The notes under the pieces are model-generated. The model did not search any database, had not been told where the DNA came from, and was given only the letters and a program-made list of their open reading frames with translations. Below, in pieces: positions 1 through 13,205 of a stretch of DNA of 64,000 bases. The position numbers and the translations under genes were made by a program. Position 1 is the first letter of the stretch. Each line of letters opens with the position of its first letter. Location: the NCBI GenBank assembly GCA_032718475.1, contig JAUCBJ010007053.1, positions 1 to 64,000 of the forward strand, written 5' to 3'. Source of the stretch: Nemertoderma westbladi (taxonomy: Eukaryota; Animalia; Xenacoelomorpha).

Positions 1-3000
1 TTACTACGGGCTGGCCCCACTGTTACTATAGGTTGGCCCCACTGTTACTACGGGTTGGCCCCACTGTGACTACGGGTTGGCCCCACTGTTACTACAGGTT
101 GGCCCCACTGTTACTACGGGTTGGCCCCACTGTTACTAGGTTGCCCCACTGTTACTACGGGTTGGCCCCACTGCGACTACGGGTTGGCCCCACTGTGACT
201 ACAGGTTGGCCCCACTGTTACTACGGGTTGGCCCTACTGTTACTACGGGCTGGCCCCACTGTTACTACGGGTTGGCCCCACTGTTACTACAGGTTGGCCC
301 CACTGTTACTACGGGTTGGCCCCACTGTTACTACAGGTTGGCCCCACTGCGACTACAGGTTGGACCCACTGTTACTACGGGTTGGCCCCACTGTTACTAC
401 GGGTTGGCCCCACTGTTACTATAGGTTGGCCCCACTGTTACTACGGGTTGGCCCCACTGTTACTACAGGTTGGCCCCACTGCGACTACAGGTTGGCCCCA
501 CTGTTACTACGGGTTGGCCCCACTGTTACTATAGGTTAGCCCCACTGTTACTACAGGTTGGACCCACTGTGACTACAGGTTGGCCCCACTGTTACTACGG
601 GTTGGCCCCACTGTTACTATAGGTTGGCCCCACTGTTACTACGGGTTGGCCCTACTGTTACTACGGGTTGGCCCCACTGTTACTACAGGTTGGCCCCATT
701 GTTACTACGGGTTGGCCCCACTGTTACTACGGGTTGGCCCCACTGTTACTACGGGTTGGCCCCACTGTTACTACAGGTTGGCCCCACTGTTACTACAGGT
801 TGGCCCCACTGTTACTACAGGTTGGCCCCACTGCGACTACGGGTTGGCCCCACTGTTACTACAGGAAGGCCCTACTTTTACTACGGGTTGGCCCCACTGC
901 GACTACGGGTTGGCCCCACTGTTACTACAGGAAGGCCCCACTTTTACTACGGGTTGGCCCCACTGTTACTACGGGTTGGCCCCACTGCGACTACGGGTTG
1001 GCCCCACTGCGACTACAGGAAGGCCCCACTGCGACTACAGGAAGGCCCCACTTTTACTACGGGTTGGCCCCACTGCGACTACGGGTTGGCCCCACTGTTA
1101 CTACGGGTTGGCCCCACTGTTACTACAGGTTGGCCCCACTGTTACTACAGGTGGGCCCCACTGTTACTACGGGTTGGCCCCACTGCGACTACGGGTTGGC
1201 CCCACTGTTACTACAGGTTGGCCCCACTGTTACTACGGGTTGGCCCCACTGTTACTACGGGTTGGCCCCACTGTTACTACAGGTTGGCCCCACTGTTACT
1301 ACGGGTTGGCCCCACTGTTACTACGGGTTGGCCCCACTGTTACTACAGGTTGGCCCCACTGTTACTACGGGTTGGCCCCACTGTTACTACGGGTTGGCCC
1401 CACTGCGACTACGGGTTGGCCCCACTGTTACTGCGGGTTGGCCCCACTGTTACTACAGGTTGGCCCCACTTTTACTACGGGTTGGCCCCACTGTTACTAC
1501 GGGTTGGCCCCACTGCGACTACGGGTTGGCCCCACTGCGACTACAGGAAGGCCCCACTGCGACTACAGGAAGGCCCCACTTTTACTACGGGTTGGCCCCA
1601 CTGCGACTACGGGTTGGCCCCACTGTTACTACGGGTTGGCCCCACTGTTACTACAGGTTGGCCCCACTGTTACTACAGGTGGGCCCCACTGTTACTACGG
1701 GTTGGCCCCACTGCGACTACGGGTTGGCCCCACTGTTACTACAGGTTGGCCCCACTGTTACTACGGGTTGGCCCCACTGTTACTACGGGTTGGCCCCACT
1801 GTTACTACAGGTTGGCCCCACTTTTACTACGGGTTGGCCCCACTGTTACTACAGGTTGGCCCCACTGTTACAGCAGGTTGGCCCCACTGTTACTACGGGT
1901 TGGCCCCACTGTTACTACGGGTTGGCCCCACTGCGACTACGGGTTGGCCCCACTGTTACTGCGGGTTGGCCCCACTGTTACTACAGGTTGGCCCCACTTT
2001 TACTACGGGTTGGCCCCACTGTTACTACGGGTTGGCCCCACTGTTACTACGGGTTGGCCCCACTGTTACTACGGGTTGGCCCCACTGTTACAACAGGTTG
2101 GCCCCACTGTTACTACGGGTTGGCCCCACTGTTACTACGGGTTGGCCCCACTGCGACTACGGGTTGGCCCCACTGTTGCGGGTTGGCCCCACTGTTACTA
2201 CAGGTTGGCCCCACTTTTACTACGGGTTGGCCCCACTGTTACTACGGGTTGGCCCTACTGATACTACAGGTTGGCCCCACTGTTACTACAGGTTGGCCCC
2301 ACTGTTACTACAGGTTGGCCCCACTGCGACTACGGGTTGGCCCCACTGTTACTACGGGTTGGCTCCACTGTTACTACGGGTTGGCCCCACTGCGACTACG
2401 GGTTGGCCCCACTGTTACTACGGGTTGGCCCTACTGTTACTACGGGTTGGCCCCACTGTTACTATAGGTCGGCCCCACTGTTACTACAGGTTGGCCCCAC
2501 TGTGACTACAGGTTGGCCCCACTGTTACTACAGGTTGGCCCCACTGCGACTACGGGTTGGCCCCACTGTTACTACGGGTTGGCCCCACTGCGACTACGGG
2601 TTGGCCCCACTGTTACTACAGGTTGGCCCCACTGCGACTACGGGTTGGCCCCACTGTTACTACGGGTTGGCTCCACTGTTACTACGGGTTGGCCCCACTG
2701 CGACTACGGGTTGGCCCCACTGTTACTACGGGTTGGCCCTACTGTTACTACGGGTTGGCCCCACTGTTACTATAGGTCGGCCCCACTGTTACTACAGGTT
2801 GGCCCCACTGTGACTACAGGTTGGCCCCACTGCGACTACGGGTTGGCCCCACTGTTACTACGGGTTGGCTCCACTGTTACTACGGGTTGGCCCCACTGCG
2901 ACTACAGGTTGGCCCCACTGTTACTACGGGTTGGCCCCACTGCGACTACAGGTTGGCCCCACTGTTACTACAGGTTGGCCCCACTGCGACTACGGGTTGG

Positions 3001-3823
3001 CCCCACTGTTACTGCGGGTTGGCCCCACTGTTACTACAGGTTGGCCCCACTGCGACTACAGGTTGGCCCCACTGTTACTACGGGTTGGCCCCACTGTTAC
3101 TACGGGTTGGCCCCACTGTTACTACAGGTTGGCCCCACTTTTACTACGGGTTGGCCCCACTGTTACTACGGGTTGGCCCTACTGATACTACAGGTTGGCC
3201 CCACTGTTACTACGGGTTGGCCCCACTGTTACTACGGGTTGGCCCCACTGTTACTACAGGTTGGCCCCACTTTTACTACGGGTTGGCCCCACTGTTACTA
3301 CGGGTTGGCCCCACTGTTACTACAGGTTGGCCCCACTTTTACTACGGGTTGGCCCCACTGTTACTACGGGTTGGCCCTACTGATACTACAGGTTGGCCCC
3401 ACTGTTACTACGGGTTGGCCCCACTGTTACTACGGGTTGGCCCCACTGTTACTACAGGTTGGCCCCACTTTTACTACGGGTTGGCCCCACTGTTACTACG
3501 GGTTGGCCCCACTGTTACTACAGGTTGGCCCCACTGTTACAACAGGTTGGCCCCACTGTTACTACGGGTTGGCCCCACTGTTACTGCGGGTTGGCCCCAC
3601 TGTTACTACGGGTTGGCCCCACTGTTACTACAGGTTGGCCCCACTTTTACTACGGGTTGGCCCCACTGTTACTACGGGTTGGCCCCACTGTTACTACAGG
3701 TTGGCCCCACTGTTACAACAGGTTGGCCCCACTGTTACTACGGGTTGGCCCCACTGTTACTGCGGGTTGGCCCCACTGTTACTACGGGTTGGCCCCACTG
3801 TTACTACAGGTTGCCCCCACTGT
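1..3823. repeat. 22-bp tandem minisatellite (consensus TTACTACGGGTTGGCCCCACTG), ~170 copies, runs off the left edge
   Basis: Direct 22-bp periodicity with recurrent variants (ACAGG/ACGGG, GCGACT, CAGGAAGG). The overlapping ORFs in all three + frames are repeat artefacts. Confidence 0.97.
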
Positions 3824-4079
3824 GATTGAATGACGTAAGAAGCTATTTTATTATATTTTATTTTTCTATTTCTATTACTTGTTATTGTTTTCTTTGTTTA
3901 CCTTTCTTCAAGTCTTTTAGAATACAGGGAGACATATATTTTATGGAATTTCTCAAACTTTGCTAATAGATAGCTATAATCCATTGATATTGAAATGTTG
4001 ACCTATTAAACAATTTCATATTGCGGCGCTGGTATAATGTCCGTAAATAAACAATAATGGTAAAATAATTGTTGTATAG

Positions 4080-4226
4080 AATTTGAGGCAGATGATTCAG
4101 ACTCCTAACTTTCACGAAGGCCAGCCGTTCGACCTGCACCAATCGTACGGGGCTGCTGCCCAGACTGGGGGCCAGACTCACGGCCCAGGCCCACACACTG
4201 GCACCGCAGCTCAACCGTCGGATATG
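4080..4226 (+). CDS. Probable internal coding exon of an unidentified host gene (NLRQMIQTPNFHEGQPFDLHQSYGAAAQTGGQTHGPGPHTGTAAQPSDM)
   Basis: GC-rich island in AT-rich DNA; acceptor TTGTATAG ending 4079; perfect donor ATG|GTAAGT at 4227; 147 nt, open in phase 0-0. Confidence 0.7.
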
Positions 4227-4687
4227 GTAAGTCGTCATTATCATTAGTATTGTGTAAGACCAGCTGCACCGAACTGGTTCAAATAAAGTTTATAAAAATA
4301 ATACCACCGATCGCTTAATTCATTAATCGAAAACAATAAAACAATGGGTTACTAATGGGTTACTAATTTGTAACCAAGTTGTATAATTTTATTATTCGAT
4401 TACAGCGACTTTGGTTACTTTGGTTACAGTGTGATGATCCCTTTTTTATTACATTTGGTAATTTAATTTAATTTATTTTATTTGCCTTTAAATAATTCTT
4501 AACATTACCGTGTCAATAATCCATTACCAAATTTTCTATTTCCATTTTATATTTTCTCTCTAAATGTTAATATAAAACTTGTAACTTTCCGTTACAAATA
4601 AATTCATATCACAGTAATTAATTAACGTTGATACGTCATGGAATATAGTGTCCTAATTCAGCTACACCCCCCCCCCCCCCTCCCCTA

Positions 4688-5467
4688 ATTTGAAACACAA
4701 CTAGTTCAACTCACCGTGGTTGTTACCATGATGCCGGAATTTTCTATTTGCCTTTAAATTTCTTTAATAAGCGTTTAAAAAAGTGTCTTTTGCGAAATCG
4801 CACCATCCGTATCATTCCCATTCTTCACATTAGTCGTTATGTTTTCATATCAATAGAAAGCCTGTGGAACTAGTTGAACTAGTTCAACTCACCGTGGTTG
4901 TTAACATGAAGCCGGAATCATTAGATATTATAAGATATTATAAGCAGATATTATTAAAAAGCTTGCGTTCTAAGGATTCAAAATAAGTAACAATATCTGA
5001 ATTTCATTGAGAAACAGCTGAGATATAGGCGTACAAAGATTGCAAGAATTATCGTTCGCTGAAGGCCATTTATTCTATTTAATAAATACACGATGTTCTG
5101 GAACATTTTCTTGTTGTGTCTACCAATATAGATATTTCATAGGCATACCGTTGGTTGATGCACTCTTACTCATGAGATAATGCGTTCCAGAACATTGTGT
5201 ATTTATTAAATAGAATAAATGGCCTTATATTAAATGGTCATATAACGAGTGAGTGAGCGCCTATATCTCAGCTGTTTCTCAACGAAATCAATGTTCCCCA
5301 AGCTTTCTAATGATGTTAAATTACCACTAATGAGAGGAATGGCCACGAGGGTGCGATTTCGCAAAAGGCACTTTTTTAAACTCCTACGAAAAAATTTAAA
5401 GGCAAAAACTAAAATTCCGGCTTCATGGTAACAACGACGGTGAGTGGAACTAGTTGTGTTTCAAATT
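4688..5467. mobile_element. Foldback/MITE-like non-autonomous DNA element (~780-bp imperfect palindrome), intronic
   Basis: 4688-4870 is the reverse complement of ~5293-5467 (AATTTGAAACACAACTAGTT...GCGAAATCGCACC). 5003-5031 pairs with 5258-5286 and 5062-5104 pairs with 5184-5226. No ORF and no clear TSD. Confidence 0.8.
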
Positions 5468-5839
5468 TCAAGCAATATGATAAATATTTGTAGAAAAATT
5501 TGTGGGAGTGTCCGTGTCATTAGAAAATGACACTATATTAAGTGTCATGGAGTACAACATGTCCTGGAGTATAGTATCTTTATTCTGGTACCTGGACCAC
5601 CCCCCCCCCCCCCCCCCCCCCAAGGACCTCATTCCAGGATATGGTGTAGTTAGTGTGTAATATATTATTCTTGTTGTTGTATAATTGCACTACGTTTATG
5701 CAAGATGTCTAACGATGTCTATCAACTTTGAACACCTTAGTAATTGCATTCGTTTTCACCCCGCACACTCTACTGTACTATTTATTACACATTGATTGCT
5801 TTCATGTCGCACACCATTGCATATAGATTGGTCCCATTT

Positions 5840-6172
5840 GCACTTATATTCGACTCAATTACACCTAAATAGAACTCAATTGCACCTAACTCGGACTCAA
5901 TTACACCTAACTCGAACTCAATTACACCTAAATAGATCTCAATTGCACCTAGCTCGGTCTCAATAACACCTAAATATAACTCAATTGCACCTATATTGGA
6001 GGACTCCATTGCACCTAGCTTGGACTCAATTGCACCTAGATAGTACTCAATTGCTCCTAGATTGAAACACTCAATTGCACCTAGATTGGACTCATTTGCA
6101 CCTAGATAGAACTAAATTGCACCTAGATTGAAACACTCCATTGCACCTAGATTGGACTCAATTGCACCTTTG
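5840..6172. repeat. Diverged 21-bp minisatellite (GACTCAATTGCACCTAGATTG-like), ~15 copies
   Basis: Recurrent ACTCAATT(G/A)CACCTA at 21-23 bp spacing. Confidence 0.9.
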
Positions 6173-6285
6173 CACATGGATTGTTTCAGCTGCGCACATC
6201 ATTCACCTGGATGCACTCACTGACTGTGAATCTTCTTACAATATGCCAGTATTAATCTAACTCAACATTCCTGTTTTCCGATCAG

Positions 6286-6420
6286 CAGCTGCAATTGACG
6301 CATCTCCAGAGCGGCGTCTCACAGGCCAGCAGTATGTACGGGCCGGGCCCTCCAATGGGAATGTGGAACTCACAGAACGTTACCACCATAAACAGCCAAT
6401 CATACAACTCCTACTCCTAA
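6286..6420 (+). CDS. Probable terminal coding exon of the same host gene (QLQLTHLQSGVSQASSMYGPGPPMGMWNSQNVTTINSQSYNSYS*)
   Basis: Branch-like CTAAC at 6257, pyrimidine tract, CAGCAG acceptor. Phase 0 matches the 4080-4226 exon; TAA at 6418-6420; followed by AT-rich UTR-like sequence. Confidence 0.6.
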   Translation, partial: QLQLTHLQSGVSQASSMYGPGPPMGMWNSQNVTTINSQSYNSYS

Positions 6421-7043
6421 TCTCCTTGTCCAATCACAGGACGCGCCCATTCAGCTGCACCATCTAGTGGATTACAGCGGTATTGTAATATCTGTTAGCT
6501 GGAGGTGATACGCTCAGAGGATTTGGTTTATTGTGTTTCGCACATTGCTAAATATACACAGACACTAGCAGTCGTGGATACAATTTGTAGCGTCACAATA
6601 TTATATGTCTTGTTGTTTTTTTTAGATGTTATTAGATTTCTATTTGTTGTCTAACGCCGAGTATTTCGAGTCTTTTTTATAAATTTGCTTCATTGCTGTG
6701 AGTGATTTTACACCTTGTTATCATTTAGTACATAACACTTAACAAGTATTGTTGGTTTGATTATTGCATTCACGTGTTACTTAATAACCTTAATTAGCTC
6801 CGTAGTGCCAATTTCGGACAATTTTTTAGTTTAACTCTCATTTCTCTCATTTTAAGGAAAACAACTTTCATTTTGAGAGATGAATCCATCGACATCCGTT
6901 TTCCTAAAACTTTATAATTAATCGACAATGTGGGGCGAGCCACGAAGTGAGTGAGCCTTAGTGGTACCATTAATCGACAATGTATTTTGTGTTTAACTCA
7001 TAAGGGTTTATAGTTTTCACTAAATAAGCTTATTAGTGTCTTG

Positions 7044-10000
7044 CGGACAATTCGTACAGGACATAACTTAGCTCTACCCGGACAATTCGTACAGGACATA
7101 TCTTAGCTCTACCCGGACAATTCGTACAGAACATAACTTAGCTCTACCCTGACAATTCGTACATGACATAACTTAGCTCTACCCTGACAATTCGTACAGG
7201 ACATAACTTAGCTCTACCCGGACAATTCGTACAGAACATAACTTAGCTCTACCCTGACAATTCGTACATGACATAACTTAGCTCTACCCTGACAATTCGT
7301 ACAGGACATAACTTAGCTCTACCCGGACAATTCGTACAGAACATAACTTAGCTCTACCCTGACAATTCGTACATGACATAACTTAGCTCTACCCTGACAA
7401 TTCGTACAGGACATAACTTAGCTCTACCCGGACAATTCGTACAGAACATAACTTAGCTCTACCCTGACAATTCGTACAGGACATAACTTAGCTCTACCCT
7501 GACAATTCATACAGGACATAACTTAGCTCTACCCTGACAATTCGTACAGAACATAACTTAGCTCTACCCTGACAATTCGTACAGGACATAACTTAGCTCT
7601 ACCCTGACAATTCGTACAGGACATAACTTAGCTCTACCCGGACAATTCGTACAGAACATAACTTAGCTCTACCCTGACAATTCGTACAGGACATAACTTA
7701 GCTCTACCCTGACAATTCGTGCAGAACATAACTTAGCTCTACCCTGACAATTCGTACAGGACATAACTTAGCTCTACCCTGACAATTCGTGCAGAACATA
7801 ACTTAGCTCTACCCTGACAATTCGTACAGGACATAACTTAGCTCTACCCTGACAATTCGTGCAGAACATAACTTAGCTCTACCCTGACAATTCGTGCAGA
7901 ACATAACTTAGCTCTACCCTGACAATTCGTGCAGAACATAACTTAGCTCTACCCGGACAATTCATACAGGACATAACTTAGCTCTACCCTGACAATTCAT
8001 ACAGGACATAACTTAGCTCTACCCTGACAATTCGTACAGGACATAACTTAGCTCTACCCTGACAATTCGTGCAGAACATAACTTAGCTCTACCCTGACAA
8101 TTCGTACAGAACATAACTTAGCTCTACCCTGACAATTCGTACAGAACATAACTTAGCTCTACCCTGACAATTCGTACAGAACATAACTTAGCTCTACCCT
8201 GACAATTCATACAGGACATAACTTAGCTCTACCCTGACAATTCGTACAGGACATAACTTAGCTCTACCCTGACAATTCGTACAGGACATAACTTAGCTCT
8301 ACCCTGACAATTCGTGCAGAACATAACTTAGCTCTACCCTGACAATTCGTACAGAACATAACTTAGCTCTACCCTGACAATTCGTACAGAACATAACTTA
8401 GCTCTACCCTGACAATTCGTACAGAACATAACTTAGCTCTACCCTGACAATTCATACAGGACATAACTTAGCTCTACCCTGACAATTCATACAGGACATA
8501 ACTTAGCTCTACCCTGACAATTCGTACAGGACATAACTTAGCTCTACCCTGACAATTCGTGCAGAACATAACTTAGCTCTACCCTGACAATTCGTACAGA
8601 ACATAACTTAGCTCTACCCTGACAATTCATACAGGACATAACTTAGCTCTACCCTGACAATTCGTACAGGACATAACTTAGCTCTACCCTGACAATTCGT
8701 ACAGAACATAACTTAGCTCTACCCTGACAATTCGTACAGGACATAACTTAGCTCTACCCTGACAATTCGTACAGAACATAACTTAGCTCTACCCTGACAA
8801 TTCGTACAGGACATAACTTAGCTCTACCCTGACAATTCGTACAGGACATAACTTAGCTCTACCCTGACAATTCGTACAGGACATAACTTAGCTCTACCCG
8901 GACAATTCGTACAGGATATAACTTAGCTCTACCCTGACAATTCGTGCAGAACATAACTTAGCTCTACCCTGACAATTCGTACAGGACATAACTTAGCTCT
9001 ACCCTGACAATTCGTGCAGAACATAACTTAGCTCTACCCTGACAATTCGTACAGGACATAACTTAGCTCTACCCTGACAATTCGTGCAGAACATAACTTA
9101 GCTCTACCCTGACAATTCGTACAGGACATAACTTAGCTCTACCCTGACAATTCGTGCAGAACATAACTTAGCTCTACCCTGACAATTCGTACAGGACATA
9201 ACTTAGCTCTACCCTGACAATTCGTACAGGACATAACTTAGCTCTACCCGGACAATTCGTACAGGATATAACTTAGCTCTACCCTGACAATTCGTGCAGA
9301 ACATAACTTAGCTCTACCCTGACAATTCGTACAGGACATAACTTAGCTCTACCCTGACAATTCGTGCAGAACATAACTTAGCTCTACCCTGACAATTCGT
9401 ACAGGACATAACTTAGCTCTACCCTGACAATTCGTGCAGAACATAACTTAGCTCTACCCTGACAATTCGTACAGGACATAACTTAGCTCTACCCTGACAA
9501 TTCGTACAGGACATAACTTAGCTCTACCCTGACAATTCGTACAGGACATAACTTAGCTCTACCCGGACAATTCGTACAGAACATAACTTAGCTCTACCCT
9601 GACAATTCGTACAGGACATAACTTAGCTCTACCCTGACAATTCGTGCAGAACATAACTTAGCTCTACCCTGACAATTCGTGCAGAACATAACTTAGCTCT
9701 ACCCTGACAATTCGTACAGGACATAACTTAGCTCTACCCTGACAATTCGTGCAGAACATAACTTAGCTCTACCCTGACAATTCGTACAGGACATAACTTA
9801 CCTCTACCCTGACAATTCGTACAGGATATAACTTAGCTCTACCCGGACAATTCGTACAGGACATAACTTAACTCTGCCGGACAATTCGTACGGGACATAT
9901 CGTAGCTGTACCCGCACAATTCGTACAGGTCATAACTTAGCTTTTATCGGTCAATTCGTACGGGACATATCGTAGCTGTACCCGGACAATTAGTACGGGT

Positions 10001-11399
10001 CATGACTAGCTTTTCTCGGACAATTCGTACGAGACATATCCGGACAATTCGTACAGGACATAACTTAGCTGTACCCGGACAATTCGTACGGGTCATATCG
10101 TAGCTATACCCGGACAATTCGCACGGGTCATAACTTAGCTCTACCCGGACAATTCGTACAGGACATAACTTAGCTCTACCCGGACAATTCGAACAGGACA
10201 TAACTTAGCTGTACCCGGACAATTAGTACAGGACATAACTTAGCTGTACCCGGACAATTAGTACAGGACATAACTTAGCTCTACCCGGACAATTCGTACA
10301 GGACATAACTTAGCTCTGCCCGGACAATTCGAACAGGACATAACTTAGCTGTACCCGGACAATTAGTACGGGTCATAACTAGCTTTTCTCGGACAATTCG
10401 TACGGGACATATCCTAGCTCTATCCGGACAATTCGTACAGGACATATCTTAGCTGTACCCGGACAATTCTTACGGGTCATATCGTAGCTGTACCCGGACA
10501 ATTCGTTCAGGACATAACTTAGCTCTACCCGGACAATTCGTACGGGACATAACTTAGCTCTACCCTGACAATTCGTACAGAACATAACTTAGCTCTACCC
10601 TGACAATTTGTACAGGACATAACTTAGCTCTACCCTGACAATTCGTACAGGACATAACTTAGCTCTACCCGGACAATTCGTACAGGACATAACTTAGCTC
10701 TGCCCGGACAATTCGTACAGGTCATAACTAGCTTTTCTCGGACAATTCGTACGAGACATATCCGGACAATTCGTACAGGATATAACTTAGCTGTACCCGG
10801 ACAATTCGTACGGGTCATATCGTAGCTATACCCGGACAATTCGCACGGGTCATAACTTAGCTCTACCCGGACAATTCGTACAGGACATAACTTAGCTCTA
10901 CCCGGACAATTCGTACAGGACATAACTTAGCTGTACCAGGACAATTAGTACGGGTCATAACTAGCTTTTCTCGGACAATTCGTACGGGACATATCCTAGC
11001 TCTATCCGGACAATTCGTACAGGACATATCTTAGCTCTACCCGGACAATTCTTACGGGTCATATCGTAGCTGTACCCGGACAATTCGTTCAGGACATAAC
11101 TTAGCTCTACCCGGACAATTCGTACGGGACATATCGTAGCTGTACCCAGACAATTAGTACGGGTCATAACTAGCTTTTCTCGGACAATTCGTACGGGACA
11201 TATCCTAGCTCTATCCGGACAATTCGTACAGGACATATCTTAGCTGTACCCGGACAATTCTTACGGGTCATATCGTAGCTGTACCCGGACAATTCGTTCA
11301 GGACATAACTTAGCTCTACCCGGACAATTCGTACGGGACATATCGTAGCTGTACCCGGACAATTCGTTCAGGACATAACTTAGCTGTACCCGGACAATT
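7044..11399. repeat. 35-bp tandem array (GCTCTACCCTGACAATTCGTACAGGACATAACTTA), ~125 copies
   Basis: Direct periodicity. Homogeneous to ~9860, then diverged units with multi-unit duplications (e.g. ~10011 vs ~10733). Confidence 0.97.
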
Positions 11400-11512
11400 G
11401 GCACCGAGCTGTATGGGAATAATTTTTATCCAATTAGCTAACTCCGTGATTTCTAACCCAATAATAATTGCCATCACATCGGGTTTGTTTATTAAACTAA
11501 TTGTTATATTGT

Positions 11513-12472
11513 ATTGTGTATATACATATAATTGTGTATATACATATAATTGTGTATATACATATAATTTTGTATATACATATAATTGTGTCATACATAT
11601 AATTGTGTATATACATATAATTGTGTATTACATATAATTGTGTATATACATATAATTGTGTATATACATATAATTGTGTATATACATATAATTAATTGTG
11701 TATATACATATAATTGTGTATATACATATAATTGTGTATTACATATAATTGTGTATATACATATAATTGTGTATATACATATAATTAATTGTGTATATAC
11801 ATATAATTGTGTATATACATATAATTGTGTATTACATATAATTGTGTATATACATATAATTGTGTATATACATATAATTGTGTATTACATATAATTGTGT
11901 ATATACATATAATTGTGTATATACATATAATTGTGTATATACATATAATTGTGTATATACATATAATTGTGTATTACATATAATTGTGTATATACATATA
12001 AGTGTGTATTACATATAATTGTGTATATACATATAATTGTGTATATACATATAATTGTGTATATACATATAATTGTGTATTACATATAATTGTGTATATA
12101 CATATAAGTGTGTATATACATATAATTGTGTATATACGTATAAGTGTGTATATACATATAATTGTGTATATACATATAATTGTGTATATACATATAATTG
12201 TGTATATACATATAAGTGTGTATATACATATAATTGTGTATATACATATAATTGTGTATATACATATAATTGTGTATATACATATAATTTTGTATATACA
12301 TACAATTGTGTATATACATATAAGTGTGTATATACATATAATTGTGTATATACATATAAGTGTGTATATACATATAATTGTGTATATACATATAAGTGTG
12401 TATATAGATATAATTGTGTATATACATACAATTGTGTATATACATATAATTGTGTATATACATATGAGTGTG
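11513..12472. repeat. 18-bp AT-rich minisatellite (TGTGTATATACATATAAT) with 17-bp variants
   Basis: Direct periodicity. Confidence 0.96.
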
Positions 12473-13205
12473 TTTATACTGTTATCGAACTGTAATTCAC
12501 CACTGATTTAAGTTACAAGAGGATTACCATTATGCTAATTTGTTTAAATTATTAAAATAATGTTTTTTATGGACCTGTTCTATGTTAACATATTGATGTT
12601 TATTTGGTTTAATTATAACTGGTTCACGTTTATATATAGTTATCAGTACATTTTGTTAATCGAGACACAATATGGTAAATATTCTAAGTTATTAGATTTT
12701 GCAATATTTGTAGTAATTTTAATTAACCGATAACTCAAGGTCACTTAGATTCTACCTCCTATTAATTACTTCTGATTTAACATTTGATATGTTGCCCTTT
12801 GCGATTTCAACTATTTTAGTATATTCCGTTTTAAATTGTACCTCGAAGTTAAATATTAAAATTTGTTCAACATCTTTTTAATAATCGTTTTTTATTTTCA
12901 CCAAACTCACACAGTCTACACAGATCCATAGAAACACAGATCCATATCTTTCATATTAATCGTTTGTAGTGAATTTGTTAGAATTGTCTGGTTATTGACC
13001 TGCTTACCATGGTTATTGAGATATTGTATATTTCGCTCTAACAATAATTTGTAACTTATTAGTAATTTTTCAATCTGTTTTGTTGTGCCACAAAGTGTCT
13101 GAAAATTTATGTTTCTTAAATCCATGTTTTACAAGTGTGTGTGTGTGTATATACTGTTTCTGATGCCATGTGTAGCCACGCATGGTTCACGTGCTGCGCG
13201 ATGCG

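Noticed and set aside
33-3833. Long ORFs (up to 641 aa) in three + frames
   Set aside because: Translation of a stop-poor 22-bp repeat; the same peptide appears in all frames.
12916-13125. 69-aa minus-strand ORF with ATG
   Set aside because: AT-rich, with no recognisable domain or supporting splice structure.
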